A stretch of 29,803 bases of DNA from Armatimonadota bacterium (GTDB taxonomy: Bacteria; Sysuimicrobiota; Sysuimicrobiia; Sysuimicrobiales; Humicultoraceae), in contig JBBIIQ010000002.1 of assembly GCA_037446405.1 (NCBI GenBank), forward strand, positions 1 to 29,803, written 5' to 3'. The notes beneath the pieces were generated by a model. The model saw only the letters and a list, made by a program, of their open reading frames with translations, did no database searches and was not told the DNA's origin. Below, in pieces: positions 8,310 to 16,134 of this stretch. The first letter of the stretch is position 1; the number at the start of each line of letters is the position of its first letter. Both the position numbers and the translations under genes were made by a program.

Positions 8310-8336
8310 AACGTGCGGCTGCCGGGAAAGCATTCC
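8310..8336 (-). promoter_or_regulatory. SigH/SigR-type autoregulatory promoter GGAAT-N19-GTT
   Basis: GGAAT at 8336-8332, 19-nt spacer, (C)GTTG at 8313-8309, directly upstream of the ECF gene. Fits the known GGAAY-N18/19-GTT consensus of this ECF group. Confidence 0.7.
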
Positions 8337-8572
8337 AGCGCTGCGGCGGGCAGAAAGCGGAGGACAGGGCAACCCTGACAATCGCGCCCATTGGGGCCCT
8401 CGCCCCCGCCCTTTGATGGTCGGGCCAGACCTGCGTGTCCGGGGTGCCCTGCCCCTGCTCTGACCCTTCGACCAGGGAGGAGCGTTGTCCTGCCGCACGG
8501 GCAAGGCCGCCGGGAGCGGTGGGTCGCGGCGGCCCGGCATGCAGCTCGGCCGCCCGGCAAGCCATCTCGCCT

Positions 8573-9034
8573 CTACTCTCCGCTGGGGGCGTGCCCGTAG
8601 ATCATGTCGTGCAGGGTGAGGCGCTCCAGCACCCCTTCCGCCGCGGCTTTCATGGCCATCCAGATAGGGCGGATGCCGCATCCCGGGAGGTAGGCGCAGT
8701 TGGGATCCTCCACCCCCACGCACCACCACGGCGCCGCCCCTTCCTCCAGGACCTCGAAGGCTTCCCGCAGGGTGATCTCGGCGGGAGGGCGGGAGAGGGT
8801 GTGCCCCCCGGCGGGCCCGCGCTTGCTGGCCACCAGCCCGGCCCGGCGCAGCGAGGCCATGATCTGGTTGAGGTACGACTCGGGCAGTCCCTGGCGGGCG
8901 GCGATCTCGTGGCTCTGCACGTAGCCCTCGCCGTAGTGGCGGGCCAGATCCACCAGCGCGCGCAGGCCGTACTCCGCGCGGCTGCTCACCTTCACCGCGC
9001 GCGCGCCGTGGTCGACCCGGGTACGCACCCTCAC
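8573..9034 (-). CDS. Rrf2 family transcriptional regulator with three C-terminal Cys (possible Fe-S)
   Basis: VSSRAEYGLRALVDLA, YLNQIMASLRRAGLVASKRGPAGGHTLSRPPAEITL; C-x7-C-x5-C. GTG 9034 overlaps the mec stop (GTGA); alternative start GTG 8995. Confidence 0.92.
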   Translation of the reverse strand: MRVRTRVDHGARAVKVSSRAEYGLRALVDLARHYGEGYVQSHEIAARQGLPESYLNQIMASLRRAGLVASKRGPAGGHTLSRPPAEITLREAFEVLEEGAAPWWCVGVEDPNCAYLPGCGIRPIWMAMKAAAEGVLERLTLHDMIYGHAPSGE

Positions 9035-9432
9035 TGCACGATCACGTCCTCTTCGCTCACACGGCCATCGACAATGCGAAAGCCCCGCACCTGTGGCCGC
9101 TCAGCCCGTTGCAGCGATATTATCACATAGACCGCCTCCGGGTAGAATGCCCTGGCCACGTCCGTGCGCGAGGGCGTGGCCTCGGAGGCGGTGTGTGAGT
9201 GGTAGATGCCCACGACCTCCAGCCCCTCCCGGTCCATCTCCCGCAGGAACTGCAACAGCTGCCGGTCGTCCAGCCGGTAGGTGTAGGGGCTCTGATCCAC
9301 GTTGTCCCCGCGGTACACGCGGAGGACCTGCCCATCCCGCCCGGCCAGCAGCCCGCAGCACTCCAGGGGAAAGGTCTCCCGGGCGTGGGCGATCATCTCC
9401 TCCAGGTGCTCCCGCGTCAGACGCAGCGCCAT
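9031..9432 (-). CDS. mec: Mec/Mov34 JAMM (M67) metalloprotease, CysO-cysteine peptidase-like
   Basis: PLECCGLLAG and YHSHTASEATPSRTD (E...HxH-x7-S-x2-D JAMM motif); next to cysM. Confidence 0.88.
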   Translation of the reverse strand: MALRLTREHLEEMIAHARETFPLECCGLLAGRDGQVLRVYRGDNVDQSPYTYRLDDRQLLQFLREMDREGLEVVGIYHSHTASEATPSRTDVARAFYPEAVYVIISLQRAERPQVRGFRIVDGRVSEEDVIVQ

Positions 9433-10362
9433 CTACCCGAACACCCTGGTGGAGAGGTAGCGGCCGCCGCCGTCGGGGAGGACGACCACGATCACGCCCT
9501 CGCCGACCTCGCGGGCCACCTGCAGCGCCGCCAGCATCGCCGCGCCGGCCGAGGGGCCGACCAGCCAGCCCTCCTCCCGGGCCAGACGGCGGGTCATGGC
9601 GTAGGCCGCCTCGGTGCCCACGGCGATCACCCGGTGGTGCACGCTGGGGTCGTAGATGCCCGGGACGATGGAGGTGGCCATGTGCTTCAACCCCTCCAGC
9701 CCGTGCAGCGGGCCGTCGGGCTCCACGGCGATGATCTGCACCTGCGGCCGCTGCTCGCGCAGCCGCCGCCCCACCCCCACCAGCGTGCCGGAGGTGCCCA
9801 GGCCGGCGACGAAGTGGGTGAGGCGGCCGTCGCTCTGGGCGATGATCTCCGCCCCCGTGGTGTCGTAGTGGGCGCGCCAGTTGGCCGGGTTGTTGTACTG
9901 GTCCAGCAGGACGTAGCGCTGCGGTGCCGCGGCAAACACCTGCCGCGCCAGACGGATGGCCCCGTCGGACCCCTCCAGCGGGTCGGAGGGGATGACGGTG
10001 GCGCCGAAGGCCTGGATGATCCGCCGCCGCTCCACGCTCACGTTCTGCGGGACGACCAGCTCCACCTGGTACCCTTTGGCCGCGCCGATCATGGCGTAGG
10101 CGATGCCCGCGTTCCCCGAGGAGGCATCCAGCAGGACCTTCCCCGGGGTGAGCCGGCCCTCGCGTTCCGCCTCCTCGATCATCCGCAGCACGGGGCGGTC
10201 CTTCACCGACCCTCCCGGGTTGAACCACTCGGCCTTGGCCAGGATCTCCACCCCGGGGGGAACGCCGGCCAGGCGCGTCACCCGCAGCAGCGGCGTGCGG
10301 CCGATGCACCCCAGGAGGTGGCTGCCGAGGCGGTGGGCGGGTGAGGCCGGGCGGGAGGACAC
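9433..10362 (-). CDS. cysM: PLP-dependent cysteine synthase, CysM-type (candidate O-phosphoserine sulfhydrylase)
   Basis: IGRTPLL, NPGGSVKDR (PLP Lys), SSGNAG, QYNNPAN, GLGTSGT, GPSAGA, PDGGGRYLS. Its stop abuts the mec ATG. Confidence 0.85.
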   Translation of the reverse strand: MSSRPASPAHRLGSHLLGCIGRTPLLRVTRLAGVPPGVEILAKAEWFNPGGSVKDRPVLRMIEEAEREGRLTPGKVLLDASSGNAGIAYAMIGAAKGYQVELVVPQNVSVERRRIIQAFGATVIPSDPLEGSDGAIRLARQVFAAAPQRYVLLDQYNNPANWRAHYDTTGAEIIAQSDGRLTHFVAGLGTSGTLVGVGRRLREQRPQVQIIAVEPDGPLHGLEGLKHMATSIVPGIYDPSVHHRVIAVGTEAAYAMTRRLAREEGWLVGPSAGAAMLAALQVAREVGEGVIVVVLPDGGGRYLSTRVFG

Positions 10363-10375
10363 GGCCGCGCGTGCC

Positions 10376-11215
10376 TCAGTCGTCGAAGAGGACGGTGGGC
10401 TCCGGGTAGAGACGTACCCGGTGGGCCAGCAGGCGCGCGTGGACCAGGTCGTGCAGGGCGGCGTTCTTCTCCTCCACCGTGCCGGGGGCGCGCAGCAGCT
10501 CCAGCGGCAGGTTCACCCGCAGCGCCCGGTTGGGGATGACGTGGCGCGTGATGCCGGTGGGCAGCTTCTGCGGGAGGACGGCCAGGCGCAGGATCTGCGC
10601 CTTGGTGAACCGGGGGAAGACCACCAGCACGCCAATCCGGTCGTACTCGGCGCGCAGGAGGCGGCGGTCCGTGGTGAGGACGCGATAGATGGGGACCCGC
10701 CCGTTGTAGGCGTCCACCACGGCGCGCATGGCGCCCACGCGCGCGGAGAAAGACCGCCCCGCCCGCACGCCCAGCACGCCCTGCTCCCAGACCAGGCCGC
10801 AGGCCAGACGGCCGTCGCGCAGCGCGCCGGCCAGCCGGGCGGCGCTGTCCAGAGGGACCAGCGGCAGCCGCGGCAGCAGGCGGGCCAGCGCGGGGCCGTC
10901 CTCCCGCAGCAGGTGGTGCCACACCTCCAGGCGGACCCCCGCCGCGGCGTAGTCCACGACCTGGAGGAGGTGGTGCGGCACGCCCAGGCGCTGCAGGGCG
11001 CTGGTGCGGTTCGCCCCGTCCAGGACCACGTAGCCGCCGCCGGGCAACTCCGCCGCCACCGGCGGGTTGCGCAGCACCTCCTCGCTCTGCAGCTGCTCCA
11101 CCAGGGCGGCGACGCGCCGCGGGTCGGCGTCCTCATGCAGGTGGACCTGCGCCGCCGGGACGATGCGCAGGGTGGGGAGGGGCTGAGCGGAGGGGAGGCG
11201 GGCGGGAGGCGTCAC
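10376..11215 (-). CDS. ParB-fold protein, SbnI/SerK-like free L-serine kinase (candidate)
   Basis: C-terminal part of the track's 10376-12619 ORF; true start GTG 11215 overlaps the CBS stop (GTGA), 279 aa. LHEDADPRR, LRNPP, YVVLDGANR, VWHH, VVDAYNG, LPTGITRHVIPNRALRVNLPLELL, RLYPEPTVLF parallel the SbnI segments as I recall them. Confidence 0.8.
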   Translation of the reverse strand: MTPPARLPSAQPLPTLRIVPAAQVHLHEDADPRRVAALVEQLQSEEVLRNPPVAAELPGGGYVVLDGANRTSALQRLGVPHHLLQVVDYAAAGVRLEVWHHLLREDGPALARLLPRLPLVPLDSAARLAGALRDGRLACGLVWEQGVLGVRAGRSFSARVGAMRAVVDAYNGRVPIYRVLTTDRRLLRAEYDRIGVLVVFPRFTKAQILRLAVLPQKLPTGITRHVIPNRALRVNLPLELLRAPGTVEEKNAALHDLVHARLLAHRVRLYPEPTVLFDD

Positions 11216-12612
11216 GGGCGGCCGAGGACCCTGGCCAGGTGGTCGATGACGTCGATCTTGGTGACGATGCCGACGACACGCCCGCTGTCCACGACGATGG
11301 CCGCGTTGGCGCTGAGGAAGATCTCCGCCAGGTCGCCCACCGGCGTCTCCGGCGTGACCACGGGGGCGCTGGGGTTGACCAGGAGGGTGATGGGGTCGTC
11401 GAGGCCGTGTCCCCCCTCCAGCAGGTAGGAGAGCAGATCCACCTCGCTGACCATGCCCACCAGGCCGCCGTCGGCCACCACGGGCAGCTGGGAGACGTCG
11501 TACTGCTTCATCTTGGCGATCACCGCGCGCACCTGCTCGTCCGGCGTCGCGGTGATCAGCGGCAGGCCCTTGGCCCGCAGCAGGTCGGCCACGGTGCCCA
11601 TCTCCGCTTCCAGGTAGCCGTTCTCCCGCATCCAGTCGTCGTCGAAGAGTTTGGAGAGGTAGCGAAACCCGGAGTCGGGGAGGATGACCACGACCCGCTT
11701 CCCCTCCCCGTGGTCCGGCAGGCCGCGCAGGTACCGCAGGGCCCCGGCCACGGCGCTGCCGCTGCTGCCGCCGCAGAACAGCCCCTCCTCCCGCACCAGG
11801 CGGCGGGCCATGAGGAAGGACTCCCGGTCGGTCACCGGCACCACCTCGTCCACGACGCGGAAGTCCATGGTCCCGGGGAGGAAGTCCTCGCCGATCCCCT
11901 CCACCTTGTAGGTGTGCGCCTCCCCCAGCCTGCCGCTGCGGAAGTACTCGCTGTAGACCGAGCCCACCGGGTCCACGCCCACCACCTTCACCTGGGGGTT
12001 GCGCTCCTTGAGGAAGCGTCCCACCCCGGAGATGGTCCCCCCGGTGCCCATGCCGCAGACGAAGATGTCCACGCGGCCGCCGCTGTCCTCCCAGATCTCC
12101 GGTCCGGTGGTCTCGTAGTGGGCGGCGGGGTTGTGCGGGTTGTGGTACTGGTCTGCGTACCAGGCCTGGGCGGTCTCCTCCGCCAGCCGCCGGCTGACGC
12201 TGTAGTAGGAGCGCGGGTCCTCGGGGGCCACCGCCGTGGGCGTGATCACCACCCTGGCGCCGAAGGCGCGCAGCAGGCGGATCTTCTCCTCCGACATCTT
12301 GTCCGGCATGACGAAGATGCAGCGGTAGCCGCGCACGGCCGCCACCAGGGCCAGGCCCATCCCGGTGTTGCCCGAGGTGGCCTCGACGATGGTCCCCCCC
12401 GGCCGCAGCTCCCCCTGCGCCTCCGCCGCGGCCACCATGCGCACGCCGATGCGGTCCTTCACCGAGCCTCCGGGGTTGAGAAACTCCAGCTTGGCCACCA
12501 CGTCCGCGCGCACGCCCCGCGTCACCCGGTGCAGGCGCACCAGGGGGGTGTGCCCCACCACGTCCAGGATGCTGTCGTGGATGCGCTCGCCGGCGCGCGT
12601 CTGGACCTTCAC
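11212..12612 (-). CDS. cbs: cystathionine beta-synthase with C-terminal CBS domain pair
   Basis: KLEFLNPGGSVKDRIG, EATSGNTG, GMGTGGT, YKVEGIGEDF, GGSSGS, PDSGFRYLSK, then CBS repeats (YDVSQLPVV, VGIVTKIDVI). Start GTG 12612 is 7 nt after GGAGG and overlaps the upstream stop. Confidence 0.9.
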   Translation of the reverse strand: MKVQTRAGERIHDSILDVVGHTPLVRLHRVTRGVRADVVAKLEFLNPGGSVKDRIGVRMVAAAEAQGELRPGGTIVEATSGNTGMGLALVAAVRGYRCIFVMPDKMSEEKIRLLRAFGARVVITPTAVAPEDPRSYYSVSRRLAEETAQAWYADQYHNPHNPAAHYETTGPEIWEDSGGRVDIFVCGMGTGGTISGVGRFLKERNPQVKVVGVDPVGSVYSEYFRSGRLGEAHTYKVEGIGEDFLPGTMDFRVVDEVVPVTDRESFLMARRLVREEGLFCGGSSGSAVAGALRYLRGLPDHGEGKRVVVILPDSGFRYLSKLFDDDWMRENGYLEAEMGTVADLLRAKGLPLITATPDEQVRAVIAKMKQYDVSQLPVVADGGLVGMVSEVDLLSYLLEGGHGLDDPITLLVNPSAPVVTPETPVGDLAEIFLSANAAIVVDSGRVVGIVTKIDVIDHLARVLGRP

Positions 12613-12902
12613 CCGCCACCCTCCCCCGCCGTCCCCCCGGCCATGGCCGGAATGATGGACACCTCGTCCTGCGGCCCCACCGGGGTCTCCTCCCCGCGCA
12701 GGGTGCGCATCTCGTCGCCGTTGACGAAGACGTTGATGTAGGCGCGCACGTGCCCCTGCTCGTCCAGCACCTGCGCTCCCACCCCCGGGTAGGCCGCGCG
12801 CAGGTTCGCCAGCACCTCCCGCACCGTGCTCCCCGGCACCTGCACGCGGCTCTGCCCGCCGGTCTGGCGCCGCAGCGGCGCGGGAACGTAGACGGTTGCC
12901 AC
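12609..12902 (-). CDS. MoaD/ThiS/CysO-family ubiquitin-like sulfur carrier with a C-terminal extension after GG
   Basis: VYVPAPLRRQTGG...YINVFVNGDEMR...DEVSIIPAMAGG followed by TAGEGGG. GTG 12902 is 8 nt after AGGAGG. Confidence 0.88.
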   Translation of the reverse strand: MATVYVPAPLRRQTGGQSRVQVPGSTVREVLANLRAAYPGVGAQVLDEQGHVRAYINVFVNGDEMRTLRGEETPVGPQDEVSIIPAMAGGTAGEGGG

Positions 12903-12921
12903 GGTCATCACCTCCTGCCCA

Positions 12922-12952
12922 CCCCACGAATGCGTTCCGCGAATTCGTGGGG
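12922..12952. other. perfect 10-bp inverted repeat (hairpin or operator) between CGL and the sulfur carrier gene
   Basis: CCCCACGAAT (12922-12931) / ATTCGTGGGG (12943-12952). Confidence 0.6.
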
Positions 12953-12976
12953 ACCCCGGAACTTATCCACCGCTTC

Positions 12977-14119
12977 TCATGGCTGCAGCGCCTGCTCCAG
13001 GTCCGCGATCAGGTCGTCGGGGTGCTCCAGCCCCACCGAGAGGCGCAGCAGCCCCTCCTCCACCGCCAGGGGCGTTCCCGCCACGCTGGCGTGGGTCATC
13101 GACGCCGGGTGGTCGATCAGCGACTCCACCCCGCCCAGGCTCTCCGCCAGGAGGAAGAGCTTCGTCCGCGCCGCCACCCGCCGCGCCGCCGCGCCGCCGC
13201 CGTGGACGACAAAGGAGACCATCCCGCCGAAGCAGCGCATCTGCCGCGCGGCCAGCTCGTGGCCGGGATGGTCCGCCAGCCCCGGGTAGAGGACCCTGCT
13301 GACCCGCGGAGCCTGCCGCAGGAACGTCGCCACCCGGACGGCGTTCTGGGCGTGGCGCTCCATGCGTACCGCCAGGGTGCGCAGCCCGCGCAGGACCAGC
13401 CAGCAGTCCAGCGGGCCGGGGACGGCGCCGACCGCATTCTGCAGGAACTTCAGCCGCTCGTACAGGTCGGCGCGGGAGGTGAGCACCGCCCCGCCCACCA
13501 CGTCGCTGTGGCCCCCCAGGTACTTCGTCGTGGAGTGGACCACCAGGTCGGCGCCCAGGCGCAGCGGCTGCTGCCCGTAAGGGGTGGCGAAGGTGTTGTC
13601 CACGGCCACCAGCGCCCCGGCGGCGTGGCCCACGTCGGCCAGGCGGGCGATGTCCAGGATCCTCAGGTAGGGGTTGGTGGGCGTCTCCAGGAAGAGCAGC
13701 CGCGTGCGCTCGCGCATCGCCCGCTCCACCGCCGGCACCTCGCGCATGTCCACGAAGGTGGCCTCGATACCGTAGCGCTGCAGGACGCGGACGAAGAGGC
13801 GGTGCGTGCCGCCGTAGACGTCGTCCGGGGCCACCACGTGGTCACCGGGGGAGAGCAGCAGGGCCACCGCGGTGATAGCCGCCATCCCCGAGGCGAAGGC
13901 CAGCCCGTACTCCGCCTCCTCCAGGGAGGCCAGCGCCCGCTCCAGGGCGCTGCGCGTGGGGTTAGCGGTGCGGGAGTAGTCGTACCCGCGGTGCTCCCCC
14001 GGGGCCTGCTGCACGTAGGTGGAAGTCTGGTAGATGGGAGGGATCACCGCCCCGGTGGTGGGATCGGGCGCCTGGCCGTCGTGGATGGCCCGCGTCTCGA
14101 AGTGGTGGGAGGACGGCAT
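12977..14119 (-). CDS. cystathionine gamma-lyase/synthase (Cys/Met metabolism PLP enzyme)
   Basis: FETRAIHDGQ, PPIYQTSTY, YSRTANPT, FASGMAA, YGGT, ETPTNP, VDNTFATP, HSTTKYLGGHSDV, AESLGGVESL, LRLSVGLE. Confidence 0.93.
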   Translation of the reverse strand: MPSSHHFETRAIHDGQAPDPTTGAVIPPIYQTSTYVQQAPGEHRGYDYSRTANPTRSALERALASLEEAEYGLAFASGMAAITAVALLLSPGDHVVAPDDVYGGTHRLFVRVLQRYGIEATFVDMREVPAVERAMRERTRLLFLETPTNPYLRILDIARLADVGHAAGALVAVDNTFATPYGQQPLRLGADLVVHSTTKYLGGHSDVVGGAVLTSRADLYERLKFLQNAVGAVPGPLDCWLVLRGLRTLAVRMERHAQNAVRVATFLRQAPRVSRVLYPGLADHPGHELAARQMRCFGGMVSFVVHGGGAAARRVAARTKLFLLAESLGGVESLIDHPASMTHASVAGTPLAVEEGLLRLSVGLEHPDDLIADLEQALQP

Positions 14120-14826
14120 CAGGAGAGCACCGCCTCCGCGGCCAGCGCGGCCAGCCGCTCTTCCACCTGCGGCCGCGCCACCGGCAGCAGCTCCAGGGCG
14201 TACACCTCGGCGAAGCGCCGCGCGTAGGCGTCGGCCACCGCGGCAAAGGAGACCTCCCGGCCCAGCAGCCGCGCCATGGAGGTGACAGGGCGGTTCAGGC
14301 CGCAGGGATTGATCCAGGTGAAGGGCTCCAGGTCCGTGGTCACGTTCAGGGCCGCCCCGTGCATGGTCACCCTCCGCTTCACCGCCACGCCCACAGCGGC
14401 CAGCTTGGCCTCCCCCACCCAGACGCCAGGGAAACCGCGCACCCGGACGGCGCTGATCCCAAAGTCGGCGACGGTGCGGATCACCGACTCCTCCAGCGCC
14501 CGCATGAAGCGCACCACGTCCTCGTCCATGGCCCGCAGGTCGAGGATGGGATAGGCGACCAGCTGCCCAGGCCCGTGGTAGGTGGCGCCGCCGCCGCGCT
14601 CGATCTGGTAGATCTCGACGCCGCGCTGCCGCAGCACGTCGGGGGAGAGCAGCAGGTGCCCCCGATCCCCGGACCGCCCCAATGTGATCACAGGGTGATG
14701 CTGCAGCAGCAGGACCACGTCGGGAATCGCGGCCTGCTGGCGGGCGGCGACCAGCCGCCGCTGCAGCGTCCAGGCGTCGGCGAAGGGCGTCAGCCCCTCA
14801 AGGGTCACTAGCCACGCATCCCGCAT
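14119..14826 (-). CDS. lipB: lipoyl(octanoyl) transferase
   Basis: LLQHHPVITLGRS, ERGGGATYHGPGQLVAYPI, KLAAVGV, TMHGAALNV, INPCGL. Start moved to ATG 14826 (AGGAG 5 nt upstream); stop overlaps the CGL ATG (TGATG). Confidence 0.92.
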   Translation of the reverse strand: MRDAWLVTLEGLTPFADAWTLQRRLVAARQQAAIPDVVLLLQHHPVITLGRSGDRGHLLLSPDVLRQRGVEIYQIERGGGATYHGPGQLVAYPILDLRAMDEDVVRFMRALEESVIRTVADFGISAVRVRGFPGVWVGEAKLAAVGVAVKRRVTMHGAALNVTTDLEPFTWINPCGLNRPVTSMARLLGREVSFAAVADAYARRFAEVYALELLPVARPQVEERLAALAAEAVLS

Positions 14827-14850
14827 CTTGGCTCCTATTCTAGCCGGGTG

Positions 14851-15026
14851 CCCGCGGCCGGGCGCGGCCGCGGGCGGGACCGACCTGCGCGGTCGGACGC
14901 TCACGGCAATGTCGTCTGGGCTGGTCGGGCTCAGGGAGCCCGACGGGAGGGCGAAGGCCGCTAGGCCTCCGCCCGGAGACAGATGCAGGAGCGAGGGCGC
15001 GGTGCCAGGGGGTGCGCAGTTCCTGG
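14851..15026 (-). promoter_or_regulatory. highly structured leader (five tandem hairpins) upstream of the lipB-cys operon
   Basis: Stems at 14851-14874 (10 bp), 14880-14896 (6 bp), 14924-14944 (9 bp), 14949-14974 (11 bp, one G-U on the minus strand) and 15005-15026 (5 bp). No known RNA family recognised. Confidence 0.4.
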
Positions 15027-15048
15027 ACGCACGGACATAGCAGCAGGC

Positions 15049-15057
15049 ATCATAGCA
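15049..15057 (-). promoter_or_regulatory. extended -10 promoter TGcTATGAT
   Basis: TGn-TATGAT just downstream of the ABC ATPase stop, pointing into the leader and operon. Confidence 0.55.
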
Positions 15058-15063
15058 TGGCAT

Positions 15064-16130
<1,067 letters not shown>

Positions 16131-16134
<4 letters not shown>

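Noticed and set aside
8361-8400. ACAGGGCAACCC segment reminiscent of a c-di-GMP-I riboswitch P1/P2 start
   Set aside because: Lacks the GAAA tetraloop/receptor and GCAAAGCC elements and lies on the strand opposite to the downstream genes.
8308-8565. 85-aa minus-strand ORF (MACRAAELHAG...) with GAGG just after the rrf2 stop
   Set aside because: No recognisable motif, more A/T-ending codons than neighbouring genes, and it runs through the ECF promoter. Left uncalled.
9433-11215. Staphyloferrin/diaminopropionate (SbnA-SbnB-SbnI) siderophore pathway, suggested by the kinase plus nearby iron ABC transporter
   Set aside because: The PLP enzyme looks CysM-like, and there is no SbnB (ornithine cyclodeaminase-like) or NIS synthetase; mec and the sulfur carrier point to cysteine.
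14827-15063. 79-aa Cys-rich N-terminal extension of LipB (MPCYDACCY...) from ATG 15063
   Set aside because: The Cys codons coincide with the TGCTAT promoter-like repeats, the rest is low-complexity hairpin DNA, and ATG 14826 has a proper SD and matches the normal LipB start.
12912-15063. SAM-I riboswitch, T-box, 6S, SRP or tmRNA in the operon's intergenic regions
   Set aside because: None of the conserved cores (ATCCAGAG...GCAACC, T-box AGGGTGGNACCGCG, SRP GGAAGGAAGCAG, closed 6S rod) could be found by eye.
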